DNA from: Acholeplasma laidlawii PG-8A
GTDB lineage: Bacteria; Bacillota_I; Bacilli_A; Acholeplasmatales; Acholeplasmataceae
Reading direction: 5' to 3'
Assembly: GCF_000018785.1 (NCBI RefSeq)
Contig: NC_010163.1
Location: 480,001 to 512,000, forward strand
Length of the DNA: 32,000 nt
This document shows positions 9,212-17,289 of the stretch, piece after piece; positions within the stretch are counted from its first letter, which is position 1, and each line of letters begins with the position of its first letter. Below the pieces are notes generated by a model. It worked only from the letters and a program-made list of their open reading frames with translations. It had not been told where the DNA came from and did not search any database. The position numbers and the translations under genes were made by a program.

Positions 9212-10450
9212 ATGAAAAGAAGAGTCGTTATTACAGGGATGGGTACAATTAACCCTGTTGGTAATAGTGTAGATGAATCATTTGATGCCATTATTGATGG
9301 TAAGAATGGATTAGGTCCAATTACTTATTTTGATACTGAAAAGGTAAAAATAAGTATTGCTGGTGAATTAAAAAACATTAATTTTGAAGATTACCTAGAT
9401 AAAAAAGAAATTAAACGTAGTGATAAAGTCATGATTTTAGGTACGATTGCAGCCATGCAAGCATACGAGGATAGCGGACTAAAAGACACTGATTATGACC
9501 CATATAGATTTGGTACGTTTGTAACATCTGGAATTGGTGGACTAGATACTATGGAAAAAGATATTTCTATAAAAGCACTACGTGGTGCTGATAGAATTTC
9601 ACCTTTTTTCATACCAAATTCTATTGTAAATATGGTAGGTGGTATGATATCTATTAAGTTCCAAGTAAAGGGTCCAAATATACCGATTGTTACAGCATGT
9701 TCAGCTGCAACAAATGCAATAGGTGAAGCATTCAGAAATATCCGTGATGGATATTTAGATTTAGCTTTCGCAGGTGGTGCAGAGGCAAGTATAAATGAAA
9801 CTGGTATCGGTGGATTTGCAGCTTTAAAAGCACTTTCAACTGAAACAGATCCTAATAAAGCAAGTCGTCCTTTCGATAAAGAAAGAAGTGGCTTTGTAAT
9901 GGGAGAAGGTTCAGGGGTTCTTATTTTAGAATCTTTAGAAAGTGCCCAAAAACGTGGTGCTAAAATCTATGCTGAAATCGTTGGTTATGGTTCAACATCA
10001 GATGCATTCCATATGACTGCACCAGATAATGCTGCTGATGGATTAACTAAGGCTATTGAGTTAACACTTGAAGATGCTAAAGTATCACCAACTGACGTTG
10101 GATATATCAATGCACACGGTACATCCACATTACTAAATGATAAAATTGAAACACTAGGTATTAAACGTGCTTTTAAAGAACATGCATACGATTTGAATGT
10201 ATCTTCTACAAAAGGTGCAACAGGCCATATGTTAGGTGCAACCGGTGCAGTAGAAAGTATCTTTTGTATCAAAGCACTACAAACAGGTTTAATTCCACCA
10301 ACAATCAACTACAGTAATGTAGATCCTGAATGTGACTTAAACTATACAGTAAACAAAGCCGTAAAACGTGATATCAATTATGCTATGAATATCAACGTAG
10401 GTTTTGGTGGCCAAAATGCAGTTGTGTTATATAAGAAATATGGAGAATAA
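9212..10450 (+). CDS. fabF: Beta-ketoacyl-ACP synthase II
   Basis: VVITGMGTINPVG, VTACSAATNAIG, NAHGTST, KGATGHMLGA. ATG 9212 preceded by gagtggg (ORF track starts at GTG 9200). Confidence 0.95.
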   Translation: MKRRVVITGMGTINPVGNSVDESFDAIIDGKNGLGPITYFDTEKVKISIAGELKNINFEDYLDKKEIKRSDKVMILGTIAAMQAYEDSGLKDTDYDPYRFGTFVTSGIGGLDTMEKDISIKALRGADRISPFFIPNSIVNMVGGMISIKFQVKGPNIPIVTACSAATNAIGEAFRNIRDGYLDLAFAGGAEASINETGIGGFAALKALSTETDPNKASRPFDKERSGFVMGEGSGVLILESLESAQKRGAKIYAEIVGYGSTSDAFHMTAPDNAADGLTKAIELTLEDAKVSPTDVGYINAHGTSTLLNDKIETLGIKRAFKEHAYDLNVSSTKGATGHMLGATGAVESIFCIKALQTGLIPPTINYSNVDPECDLNYTVNKAVKRDINYAMNINVGFGGQNAVVLYKKYGE

Positions 10451-10452
10451 AT

Positions 10453-10881
10453 ATGGCATTATTAAATAGAGAACAAATTCAAGAAATATTACCACATAGA
10501 GATCCTTTTTTAATGGTTGATGAAGTTTTAGAACTTGTTGAAAAAGAAAAATGTGTAGGTATTAAATATGTAAAAGCAGAAGAATATTACTTTAAAGGAC
10601 ATTTTCCTCAGTATCCTGTAATGCCTGGTGTATTAATACTAGAAACAATGGCTCAAGTTGGTGCGATTGCTTTACTAAGTATTCCAGAGTTCAAAGGTAA
10701 AATCGGATTTTTTACAGGAGCTAACAACGTTAAATGGCGTAAACAAGTACGTCCAGGAGATACTTTAAAAGTTGAAACAGTATTAACCCGTATTCGTGGT
10801 GCTTTTGGTGTGGGTAGCGCTAAAGCATGGGTAGAAGGCGAATTAGTATGTGAAGCTGATATTAGTTTTGCTATTGGCTGA
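10453..10881 (+). CDS. fabZ: 3-hydroxyacyl-ACP dehydratase
   Basis: LPHRDPFLMVDEV, FKGHFPQYPVMPGVLILE. Confidence 0.95.
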   Translation: MALLNREQIQEILPHRDPFLMVDEVLELVEKEKCVGIKYVKAEEYYFKGHFPQYPVMPGVLILETMAQVGAIALLSIPEFKGKIGFFTGANNVKWRKQVRPGDTLKVETVLTRIRGAFGVGSAKAWVEGELVCEADISFAIG

Positions 10882-10883
10882 TC

Positions 10884-11939
10884 ATGGTTAAAGTAAAATT
10901 AATAGAGTTTAAAAAAATACCCTCAACCAGTGACTATCTAAAACAAAATTATGAAAAACTGGACTCTTTTACCTTTGTAAGAACAGATTATCAAACTAAA
11001 GGTAGAGGTCAATTCGAACGTCAATGGATGAGTGCGAATGGACGTAATTTATTACTTTCGTTTATGATTAAAGATGTACCGATAAATCAGCTGATTACAA
11101 TCAAAGAATGGGTGAAAAGTAGTATCTTTTCAACACTAGGTTCATTAGGTTTAGATGTATATTTCAAAGAGCCTAATGACGTCTATTGTCATCAAAAAAA
11201 GTTATGCGGAATATTGATGGAAACAAAAGGATCGGGCGATAAATTTGATTATGTCATCGTAGGTATTGGTTTAAATGTGAATCAATTTATATTTCACAAG
11301 TTTAAGGCAACGTCCATATTTTTAGAAACAAAGAAAACTCAAAATGTAAGAAAGATTATGTCTAAACTAATGACTAATCTTTTAGAAAGTTCATTTTTAA
11401 GGTGCAATATGACGATTAAAAGAATTATTATTATATCTATGTTTGCAGCTTTAATTGCTGTCTCTACATTTATGAATGTACCAGTACCACCTGTAAGTTT
11501 TACCCTACAAACGTTAATGATTGTGCTTACGGGATTATTATTAACACCTCTAGATGCATTTTTAGCAGTATTAGTCTATTTAACTGCTGGTGCATTTGGT
11601 ATGCCTATTTTTACAACTGGCGGTGGATTTCAAAGTTTTGTAGCACCGACAGGGGGATTTTTATTATCATTTTTAGTTGTAGCTCCTGGTATATCCTTAT
11701 TTAAATCTAAAAGTAAAAATATCTTACAAGATGGAATCGTCTTAATGATATTTGGCTTCTTGATTGTTTATTTATTTGGTATAGCAATCTTTATGTATGC
11801 GACAAGTTTGGATTTTATATATACCATAGGTGTTTTTATACCATACTATATTTGGGATATAGCAAAACTTATATTTGCTTATGTAGTCTATTACTACATG
11901 CCGCAAGCAATCATAGATAAACATTTAAAAGGGATATAA
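10884..11939 (+). CDS. Fusion of biotin-protein ligase catalytic domain (aa 1 to about 174) and BioY biotin transporter subunit (aa 176-351)
   Basis: N-terminal half has STSDYLK, QTKGRGQFERQW, KEPNDV, KKLCGILMETK and VGIGLNVN. C-terminal half is BioY-like: VPPVSFTLQTLMIVLTGLLLTPLDAFLAVLVYLTAGAFGMPIF. No stop between them. Confidence 0.88.
   Translation: MVKVKLIEFKKIPSTSDYLKQNYEKLDSFTFVRTDYQTKGRGQFERQWMSANGRNLLLSFMIKDVPINQLITIKEWVKSSIFSTLGSLGLDVYFKEPNDVYCHQKKLCGILMETKGSGDKFDYVIVGIGLNVNQFIFHKFKATSIFLETKKTQNVRKIMSKLMTNLLESSFLRCNMTIKRIIIISMFAALIAVSTFMNVPVPPVSFTLQTLMIVLTGLLLTPLDAFLAVLVYLTAGAFGMPIFTTGGGFQSFVAPTGGFLLSFLVVAPGISLFKSKSKNILQDGIVLMIFGFLIVYLFGIAIFMYATSLDFIYTIGVFIPYYIWDIAKLIFAYVVYYYMPQAIIDKHLKGI
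11409..11939 (+). CDS. bioY: Possible independently initiated BioY (internal in-frame start)
   Basis: In-frame ATG at 11409 with AAGGTG just upstream. It begins exactly where the BioY domain begins. Confidence 0.45.
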   Translation: MTIKRIIIISMFAALIAVSTFMNVPVPPVSFTLQTLMIVLTGLLLTPLDAFLAVLVYLTAGAFGMPIFTTGGGFQSFVAPTGGFLLSFLVVAPGISLFKSKSKNILQDGIVLMIFGFLIVYLFGIAIFMYATSLDFIYTIGVFIPYYIWDIAKLIFAYVVYYYMPQAIIDKHLKGI

Positions 11940-11952
11940 AATCCCTTTTTAT
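11927..11952 (+). terminator. Rho-independent terminator of the acc-fab-birA/bioY operon
   Basis: aaaaggga-tataaaa-tccctttt plus a T-rich tail. Confidence 0.75.
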
Positions 11953-12023
11953 TATATAAACCTTAAGCTAAATTACCACAATTTACCAAATGAAGCATTG
12001 CTTCTATAGAAATAATAAAAGTT

Positions 12024-12032
12024 TGCTATAAT
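12024..12032 (+). promoter_or_regulatory. Extended -10 promoter upstream of the FNR-like gene
   Basis: TGcTATAAT. The -35 is weak. Confidence 0.5.
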
Positions 12033-12061
12033 CTATGAAGATAACAAGGAGAGATGCATTT

Positions 12062-13030
12062 ATGTTAGAAGTATTAATTATTGGTGCAGGTCCAACCGGA
12101 TTATATGCAGCATTTTTAGCAGGTCTTAGAAATTTAAAGGCTGCAGTCATAGAATCAAGTGCTGAACCAGGTGGACAATTAACTGCAGTATATAAAGATA
12201 AGTATATTTATGATATACCTGGTTTTCCAAAGATAACCGCTAAAGACTATATTGATGGACAAGTTCTACAATATGAAAGATTTAAATCAGATTTACCAAT
12301 TTATTATAATGAAGAAGCTATCGATATTAAAAAACATGACGATCACTTTATTGTTACTACAACAACTAAAACCATTGAAACTAAGTTTGTTTTAATTGCA
12401 CATGGTGGTGGTGGATTTGTTCCTCAAAAGTTAAAGATTGATGAACATTACGACAATATCTTATACTTTATTAAAGACTTAAACCAATTTAAAGATAAAA
12501 AAATAGTCGTTTTAGGTGGAGGGGATTCTGCACTTGACTGGGCAATCGATTTATCTGAATACACAAAAGATGTTACATTAGTCCATAGAAGAGATGAATT
12601 TAGAGCACTTCAATCTAGTGTAGATCACTTTAGAGAAAAAGGTACAATTCTTACACCCTATATTGTAGATACAGTAGAAGGTAATGACAAACTAGTTCAC
12701 ACTTTAGTACTTAAACATGCTAAAACACATGAAAGATTAAATTTAGATGCAGACTATATCGTTGTAAACTACGGCTTTGTACTCACAAAATCCAGACTAG
12801 ATGAGTGGGGTATTGAAGGTGAAAAAGGTCTAATTAAAGTAGACTACACCATGAAAACAAGTCTTGATGGTATTTATGCTGCAGGTAATGGTATTGATTA
12901 TCCAGGTAAAGTTAAACTAATTTCTACAGGTCAAGGTGAGGCTGCAACAGCTATTCAATCCATCACAACACTGCTTTATCCAGAAAAAACACGTAAATTT
13001 GAACACTCAACTGCACTCATTAAAGAATAA
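12062..13030 (+). CDS. Ferredoxin--NADP reductase, type 2 (thioredoxin-reductase-like, YumC family)
   Basis: IIGAGPTGLYAAFLAG, GGQLTAVY, second Rossmann motif VVLGGGDSALDWA with no redox CxxC, C-terminal GIYAAGNG. ATG 12062 follows an aaggagag SD. Confidence 0.88.
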   Translation: MLEVLIIGAGPTGLYAAFLAGLRNLKAAVIESSAEPGGQLTAVYKDKYIYDIPGFPKITAKDYIDGQVLQYERFKSDLPIYYNEEAIDIKKHDDHFIVTTTTKTIETKFVLIAHGGGGFVPQKLKIDEHYDNILYFIKDLNQFKDKKIVVLGGGDSALDWAIDLSEYTKDVTLVHRRDEFRALQSSVDHFREKGTILTPYIVDTVEGNDKLVHTLVLKHAKTHERLNLDADYIVVNYGFVLTKSRLDEWGIEGEKGLIKVDYTMKTSLDGIYAAGNGIDYPGKVKLISTGQGEAATAIQSITTLLYPEKTRKFEHSTALIKE

Positions 13031-13038
13031 TTAACTAG

Positions 13039-13068
13039 AATACAGCCTAACAAGGCTGTATTTTTTTT
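13039..13068 (+). terminator. Rho-independent terminator
   Basis: aatacagcct-aaca-aggctgtatt then T run. Confidence 0.9.
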
Positions 13069-13095
13069 ATGATTAAAAATATAAAGTATATGTAT

Positions 13096-13142
13096 TGTGT
13101 TTTACACAGTACATGTGATATTATAGTAGTGTGTTAAACACA
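13096..13142. promoter_or_regulatory. Paired palindromic operator-like sites flanking the predicted padR promoter
   Basis: TGTGTtTTACACA-type site (13096-13108) and TGTGTTaAACACA (13130-13142, perfect). The larger 12-bp perfect inverted repeat tgtattgtgttt (13091-13102) / aaacacaataca (13136-13147) spans both. Confidence 0.6.
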
Positions 13143-13164
13143 ATACACAAGAAAGGGCGATAAA

Positions 13165-13485
13165 TTGAATACACAATTTAAGAAAGGGATACTTGATTTA
13201 TGTATCTTAAAAGTTGTTAAAGATAAAGAAATGTATGGCTTTGAAATTATCGATAAGTTATCACATATATTAGATATTAATGAAAATACAATTTATCCGA
13301 TACTTAGAAGACTTACAGAACAAAAACTCTTTGAAACTTATACCAAAGATAGTCCCTTAGGGGCACAAAGAAAGTATTACAAGATCACCTTAGAGGGTGA
13401 AAAGAAGTTAGCGTTATTTACAGAAGATTGGGATGCATTTATCAAAAATGTAAATTATATATTGAAGGGTGAACAAGATGAATAA
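13165..13485 (+). CDS. PadR-family transcriptional regulator
   Basis: LDLCILKVVKDKEMYGFEIIDKL...NTIYPILRRLTEQKLFETY...GAQRKYYKITLEGEKKL: the typical PadR winged helix. Start is TTG. Confidence 0.9.
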   Translation: MNTQFKKGILDLCILKVVKDKEMYGFEIIDKLSHILDINENTIYPILRRLTEQKLFETYTKDSPLGAQRKYYKITLEGEKKLALFTEDWDAFIKNVNYILKGEQDE

Positions 13486-14626
13486 AAAAACATACTTAAA
13501 AGAAATTTATGATTACTTTAGAGAAAAAGAAGTAATCAAACATGACATTGACAATGTGATTGCAGATTACTCAGAGCTTTATGATGAAGCTATTGGCTTA
13601 GGATTAAGTGATGAGGATGTCATATCTAAATTAGGTACTGCTAAAGATATTTATTATGGTATCGAAGATACATTACGTCATGAAAAATCTAAAGATAATA
13701 GAATCGTTGCAGTGATGCCATTTATTTCAACGATACTGTTTTTCTTAGTTGGCTTTGCTTTTGATGGTTGGGCATATGCATGGATATCTTACCTACTCAT
13801 TCCAGTAACTGCAATTATTGTAAATACTAGAAAGAAGGATATGATTGTAGCGATTAGTCCATTTGTTGCTACAATTACTTTCTTCATATTAGGTTTCTTA
13901 TTTGATTTATGGCACCCAGGTTGGCTGATATTCTTAATTATTCCGGTTTCAGCGATTGCATTAAACAGTAAGGGTAGTGAAAAAATAGTTGCACTATCTC
14001 CATTTGTCTTTCTAACCATCTATATGATTGTTAGTGCATTTATTGTTTCTGAGTTTTATTATTATGGATGGGCTATATTTGCACTTATTCCTGTAATTGC
14101 AATCTTAACTCAACCCATAAAATTGAAGGATATCTTCATGATCTCAACAATATTACTAGCGATGGCAGCACATATTACCATTTACTTTACGATTGAAAAT
14201 GCAGGATATGTATGGATGGTGTATCTAGTACCTACAGTTGTAGGAATCTTACTGGGTTATATTCAAGTAATATCTGGTGATAAAGTAAATGTTAAAGAGA
14301 AAATATGGGTAATATTATCGATGCTACTTGTGGTTATCGCATATCTTTTGGTAAGTTTTTTGATCCCTAATATTTGGACTTGGAGTTGGATTATCTTATT
14401 ACTTATACCAATGATTGGTATCTATGATGGTACTAAATTCGAGCATCCTGTAGCATATATGCCATTTATTGCAATTACTATATTTATGCTTCTTGGCTCA
14501 CTTGGCAATTACTGGCAATATGCTTGGTTAGTGTTCTTAATTATTCCAATAACTGCAATTTTAACGGAGTCAGGTGACAAAACTAAAGAAGTAAAAGAAG
14601 ATACTGACGAAACAAGTGATTGTTAA
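13478..14626 (+). CDS. HAAS (DUF1700)-type N-terminal domain fused to a repeated polytopic membrane region
   Basis: N-term KKTYLKEIYDYF...IDNVIADYSELYDEAIGLGLSDEDVISKLGTAKDI resembles HAAS. It is followed by about six copies of a roughly 47-aa two-helix unit. ATG 13478 with aagggtg upstream. Confidence 0.75.
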   Translation: MNKKTYLKEIYDYFREKEVIKHDIDNVIADYSELYDEAIGLGLSDEDVISKLGTAKDIYYGIEDTLRHEKSKDNRIVAVMPFISTILFFLVGFAFDGWAYAWISYLLIPVTAIIVNTRKKDMIVAISPFVATITFFILGFLFDLWHPGWLIFLIIPVSAIALNSKGSEKIVALSPFVFLTIYMIVSAFIVSEFYYYGWAIFALIPVIAILTQPIKLKDIFMISTILLAMAAHITIYFTIENAGYVWMVYLVPTVVGILLGYIQVISGDKVNVKEKIWVILSMLLVVIAYLLVSFLIPNIWTWSWIILLLIPMIGIYDGTKFEHPVAYMPFIAITIFMLLGSLGNYWQYAWLVFLIIPITAILTESGDKTKEVKEDTDETSDC

Positions 14627-14698
14627 CACATTTAAGCGTATCTTATGAAATAAGTTTTTTCATGGCGTATAATCAAACTATAGAAAGGGATGATTAAT

Positions 14699-14887
14699 AT
14701 GACAGTAAAAGAATTTTTAGATAAAGAAAAACCAAATAAGTATATTATTACTGACCGTATGCGTACACCTTTTAAAGAAGAACAACTTAAATGGTTAGAT
14801 TTATCCGATATTGAAGTAAGAACTACAGATATTCTGGCTGATGGTACAGTGAGAATACATTCTGATTACATGCCGGATGCTTGTTAA
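14699..14887 (+). CDS. Small hypothetical protein, 62 aa
   Basis: ATG 14699 with aaaggga SD, tataat at 14668-14673, and a strong terminator downstream. Confidence 0.65.
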   Translation: MTVKEFLDKEKPNKYIITDRMRTPFKEEQLKWLDLSDIEVRTTDILADGTVRIHSDYMPDAC

Positions 14888-14918
14888 CTTTTAGCAATTT
14901 ACTCATACACCCAATATG

Positions 14919-14949
14919 AACCTCAATAGAAAAATGCTATTGAGGTTTT
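14919..14949 (+). terminator. Rho-independent terminator
   Basis: aacctcaatag-aaaaatg-ctattgaggtt then tt. Confidence 0.8.
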
Positions 14950-15044
14950 ATCTTTATTTATATAGCTATAAACACTTAAATTGATAAGACATTAATTAAT
15001 AATTAACGACAAAATATTAAAAATCATTTAATGAATCTTAATTG

Positions 15045-15072
15045 TTGACATCTAAGAAAAAATATATATAAT
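15045..15072 (+). promoter_or_regulatory. Promoter of the potABCD operon
   Basis: ttgaca (15045-15050), 16-bp spacer, tataat (15067-15072). Confidence 0.7.
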
Positions 15073-15187
15073 ATATGCGATTAGTTTATTGTAATTTAAC
15101 TATATGTTTATATATAGTAAACAAATAGAGATAATATGAAGACGATATTTTACAATGAGTAAACATATGTGAAGGAAGGTACAAATC

Positions 15188-16420
15188 ATGGCTTTTATTG
15201 AATTAAAAGATGTAACTAAAGAGTTTAATAATCAAGTAGTATTAAGGGGTATTGACCTAGAAATCAAAAGTAATGAGTTTGTCACCTTACTTGGACCATC
15301 TGGATGTGGGAAAACTACGACATTAAGAATTATTGGTGGTTTTATTGAACCAACAGGTGGTGAAGTCTTATTTGATGGTGTAGATATTTTAAAATTACCG
15401 GCTTATAAAAGACCAACAAATACAGTATTCCAAAGATATTCTTTATTTCCTCATTTAAATGTTTTTGAAAACGTGGCATTTGGTTTACGTGTTAAAGACC
15501 AAAACCGTGAAGCAAAAAAAGAAATTACTACTTTAAAAGAAATCTATAAAAAACAAATTGATGAACTACAATACAAGGTAGATCATGACAGAACAAGTAG
15601 TCTTGAATTAAAAAACCAAGTTAAACTAGAAAAGAAAGCACTAAAAGAAAAACTTGATCAAGATATTAAAGACCTACAAGCTACCTTTATTTCTAAAAAG
15701 AAATATGAATTTATCATTGAAGAAAAAGTGTCTAAATATTTAAAAATGGTAGGTCTTGATGGTTATGAAAACCGTTCTATTTCCAAATTAAGTGGTGGTC
15801 AGATGCAACGTGTTGCAATCGCACGAGCACTAATTAATGAACCTAAGGTGTTACTGTTAGATGAGCCACTTGCTGCACTTGATTTAAAACTACGTCAAGA
15901 AATGCAATATGAATTAAAAGAAATTCAAAGAAGTGCTGGTATTACATTTATTTTCGTAACGCACGATCAAGAAGAAGCTTTAACGATGAGTGATAAGATT
16001 GTAGTTATGAATAAGGGTGAAATTCAACAAGTAGGTACACCAGTTGATATTTATAATGAACCGATAAACCGATTTGTTGCAAACTTTATTGGTGAATCTA
16101 ATATCGTATCAGGCATAATGAAACAAGATTATCTAGTACATTTTGATGGTTTTGATTTTGAATGTGTCGACAAAGGATTTGACACCAATCAAGAAGTAGA
16201 CATTGTTCTACGTCCTGAAGATTTAGATATTGTAGAGTTAGGTACCGGAAAAATTAGTGGTATAGTTGATAGTGTTGTTTTTAAAGGTGTACACTTCGAA
16301 ATTGATGTGAAAACAGAACATAGAATTTATACAGTACATACAACAGATTTTAAAGCAGAAGGGATGAAAGTTGATCTAGACTGGTTCCCAGAAGATATCC
16401 ATGTTATGGAGGTCTGGTAA
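15188..16420 (+). CDS. potA: Spermidine/putrescine ABC transporter ATP-binding protein with internal coiled-coil insertion
   Basis: Walker [10 protein letters not shown], signature [15 protein letters not shown], Walker [14 protein letters not shown]-loop THDQEEAL, and a C-terminal TOBE-like region. Confidence 0.93.
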   Translation: MAFIELKDVTKEFNNQVVLRGIDLEIKSNEFVTLLGPSGCGKTTTLRIIGGFIEPTGGEVLFDGVDILKLPAYKRPTNTVFQRYSLFPHLNVFENVAFGLRVKDQNREAKKEITTLKEIYKKQIDELQYKVDHDRTSSLELKNQVKLEKKALKEKLDQDIKDLQATFISKKKYEFIIEEKVSKYLKMVGLDGYENRSISKLSGGQMQRVAIARALINEPKVLLLDEPLAALDLKLRQEMQYELKEIQRSAGITFIFVTHDQEEALTMSDKIVVMNKGEIQQVGTPVDIYNEPINRFVANFIGESNIVSGIMKQDYLVHFDGFDFECVDKGFDTNQEVDIVLRPEDLDIVELGTGKISGIVDSVVFKGVHFEIDVKTEHRIYTVHTTDFKAEGMKVDLDWFPEDIHVMEVW

Positions 16421-17289
16421 TGATTAATTTTCCTAAGAAGCAACAAAAACATCTGCATAAAACACAAAAATTGAATTTTGAATTCTATTTAGGTGCCCCA
16501 TATTATCTTATGATGATTTTACTGGTCATTATCCCAATTGGATTAATGTTACTCTATGCATTTACAACAGATTCAAACAGCTTAATTTCTATTAAGTTTA
16601 CTATTGATAATTTTATTCAATTTTTTAAAGAGCCAACATTTATTTCAAGTATGTTAGAAAGTGTCTATTTATCCTTTTTCTCAGCTGTTATTTGTTTGGT
16701 GATTTGTTACCCATTAGCATTCATCTTAAGTAGAAGAAAGCTCATGACACAAAAGATATTAGTATCTCTTATTACATCTAATATGTTTATTAACTCTTTA
16801 TTATTAGCATATGCTGTACGCTCTATATTTGAAATGATTGGAACAACATTCTTTGGTGAAGCAAGATACTTACTAGGTACAGATTTAGCAATTATTACTG
16901 GTATGGTGTACTTATATTTACCGTTTATGTTATTACCAATTTATACACATATGTCTAAAATGGATAAAAACCTATTTGAATCTGCTGAAGATTTAGGTGC
17001 TAATAAACTTCAAACCATTTTAAGAGTCGTTATTCCGATGTCTTTATCAAGCGTTTTAACTGGATTTATGATGGTATTTTTACCAGCATCAACAACATTA
17101 GTTATTACAAGATACTTAGGTAATGGACAAAGAAAAATGATTGGTGATCTAATAGATTTAGCATTTAAAAATGGTAAATTTGGATATGGTGCAGCGATTG
17201 CATTAGTGCTTGCACTCATCTTACTGATATTTATCTTCTTAATTAAGAGGGTAGATAAATATGAGGAGGTATTAGCTAATGAAGACTAA
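16420..17289 (+). CDS. potB: Spermidine/putrescine ABC transporter permease
   Basis: Polytopic permease with EAAx3G-type loop ESAEDLGANKLQTILRVVIPMS. Overlaps potA and potC. Confidence 0.9.
   Translation: MINFPKKQQKHLHKTQKLNFEFYLGAPYYLMMILLVIIPIGLMLLYAFTTDSNSLISIKFTIDNFIQFFKEPTFISSMLESVYLSFFSAVICLVICYPLAFILSRRKLMTQKILVSLITSNMFINSLLLAYAVRSIFEMIGTTFFGEARYLLGTDLAIITGMVYLYLPFMLLPIYTHMSKMDKNLFESAEDLGANKLQTILRVVIPMSLSSVLTGFMMVFLPASTTLVITRYLGNGQRKMIGDLIDLAFKNGKFGYGAAIALVLALILLIFIFLIKRVDKYEEVLANED

Noticed and set aside
9985-10308. Minus-strand 107-aa ORF inside fabF
   Set aside because: Antisense shadow of a conserved gene. The same reasoning rejects the minus-strand ORFs at 1975, 2601, 2979, 3336, 5277, 7326, 13789, 17010, 17377, 19457, 21212, 24506 and 31063, and the plus-strand ORF 26390.
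11992-12004. Short palindrome gaagcattgcttc upstream of the FNR-like gene
   Set aside because: Only 6-bp arms, single copy and no matching regulator. Chance occurrence is plausible.
14612-14887. Both the HAAS-type protein (...ETSDC) and the next 62-aa ORF (...MPDAC) end in an acidic residue context followed by Cys
   Set aside because: Two cases only, with no known C-terminal Cys processing signal of this kind in such bacteria. Most likely coincidence.
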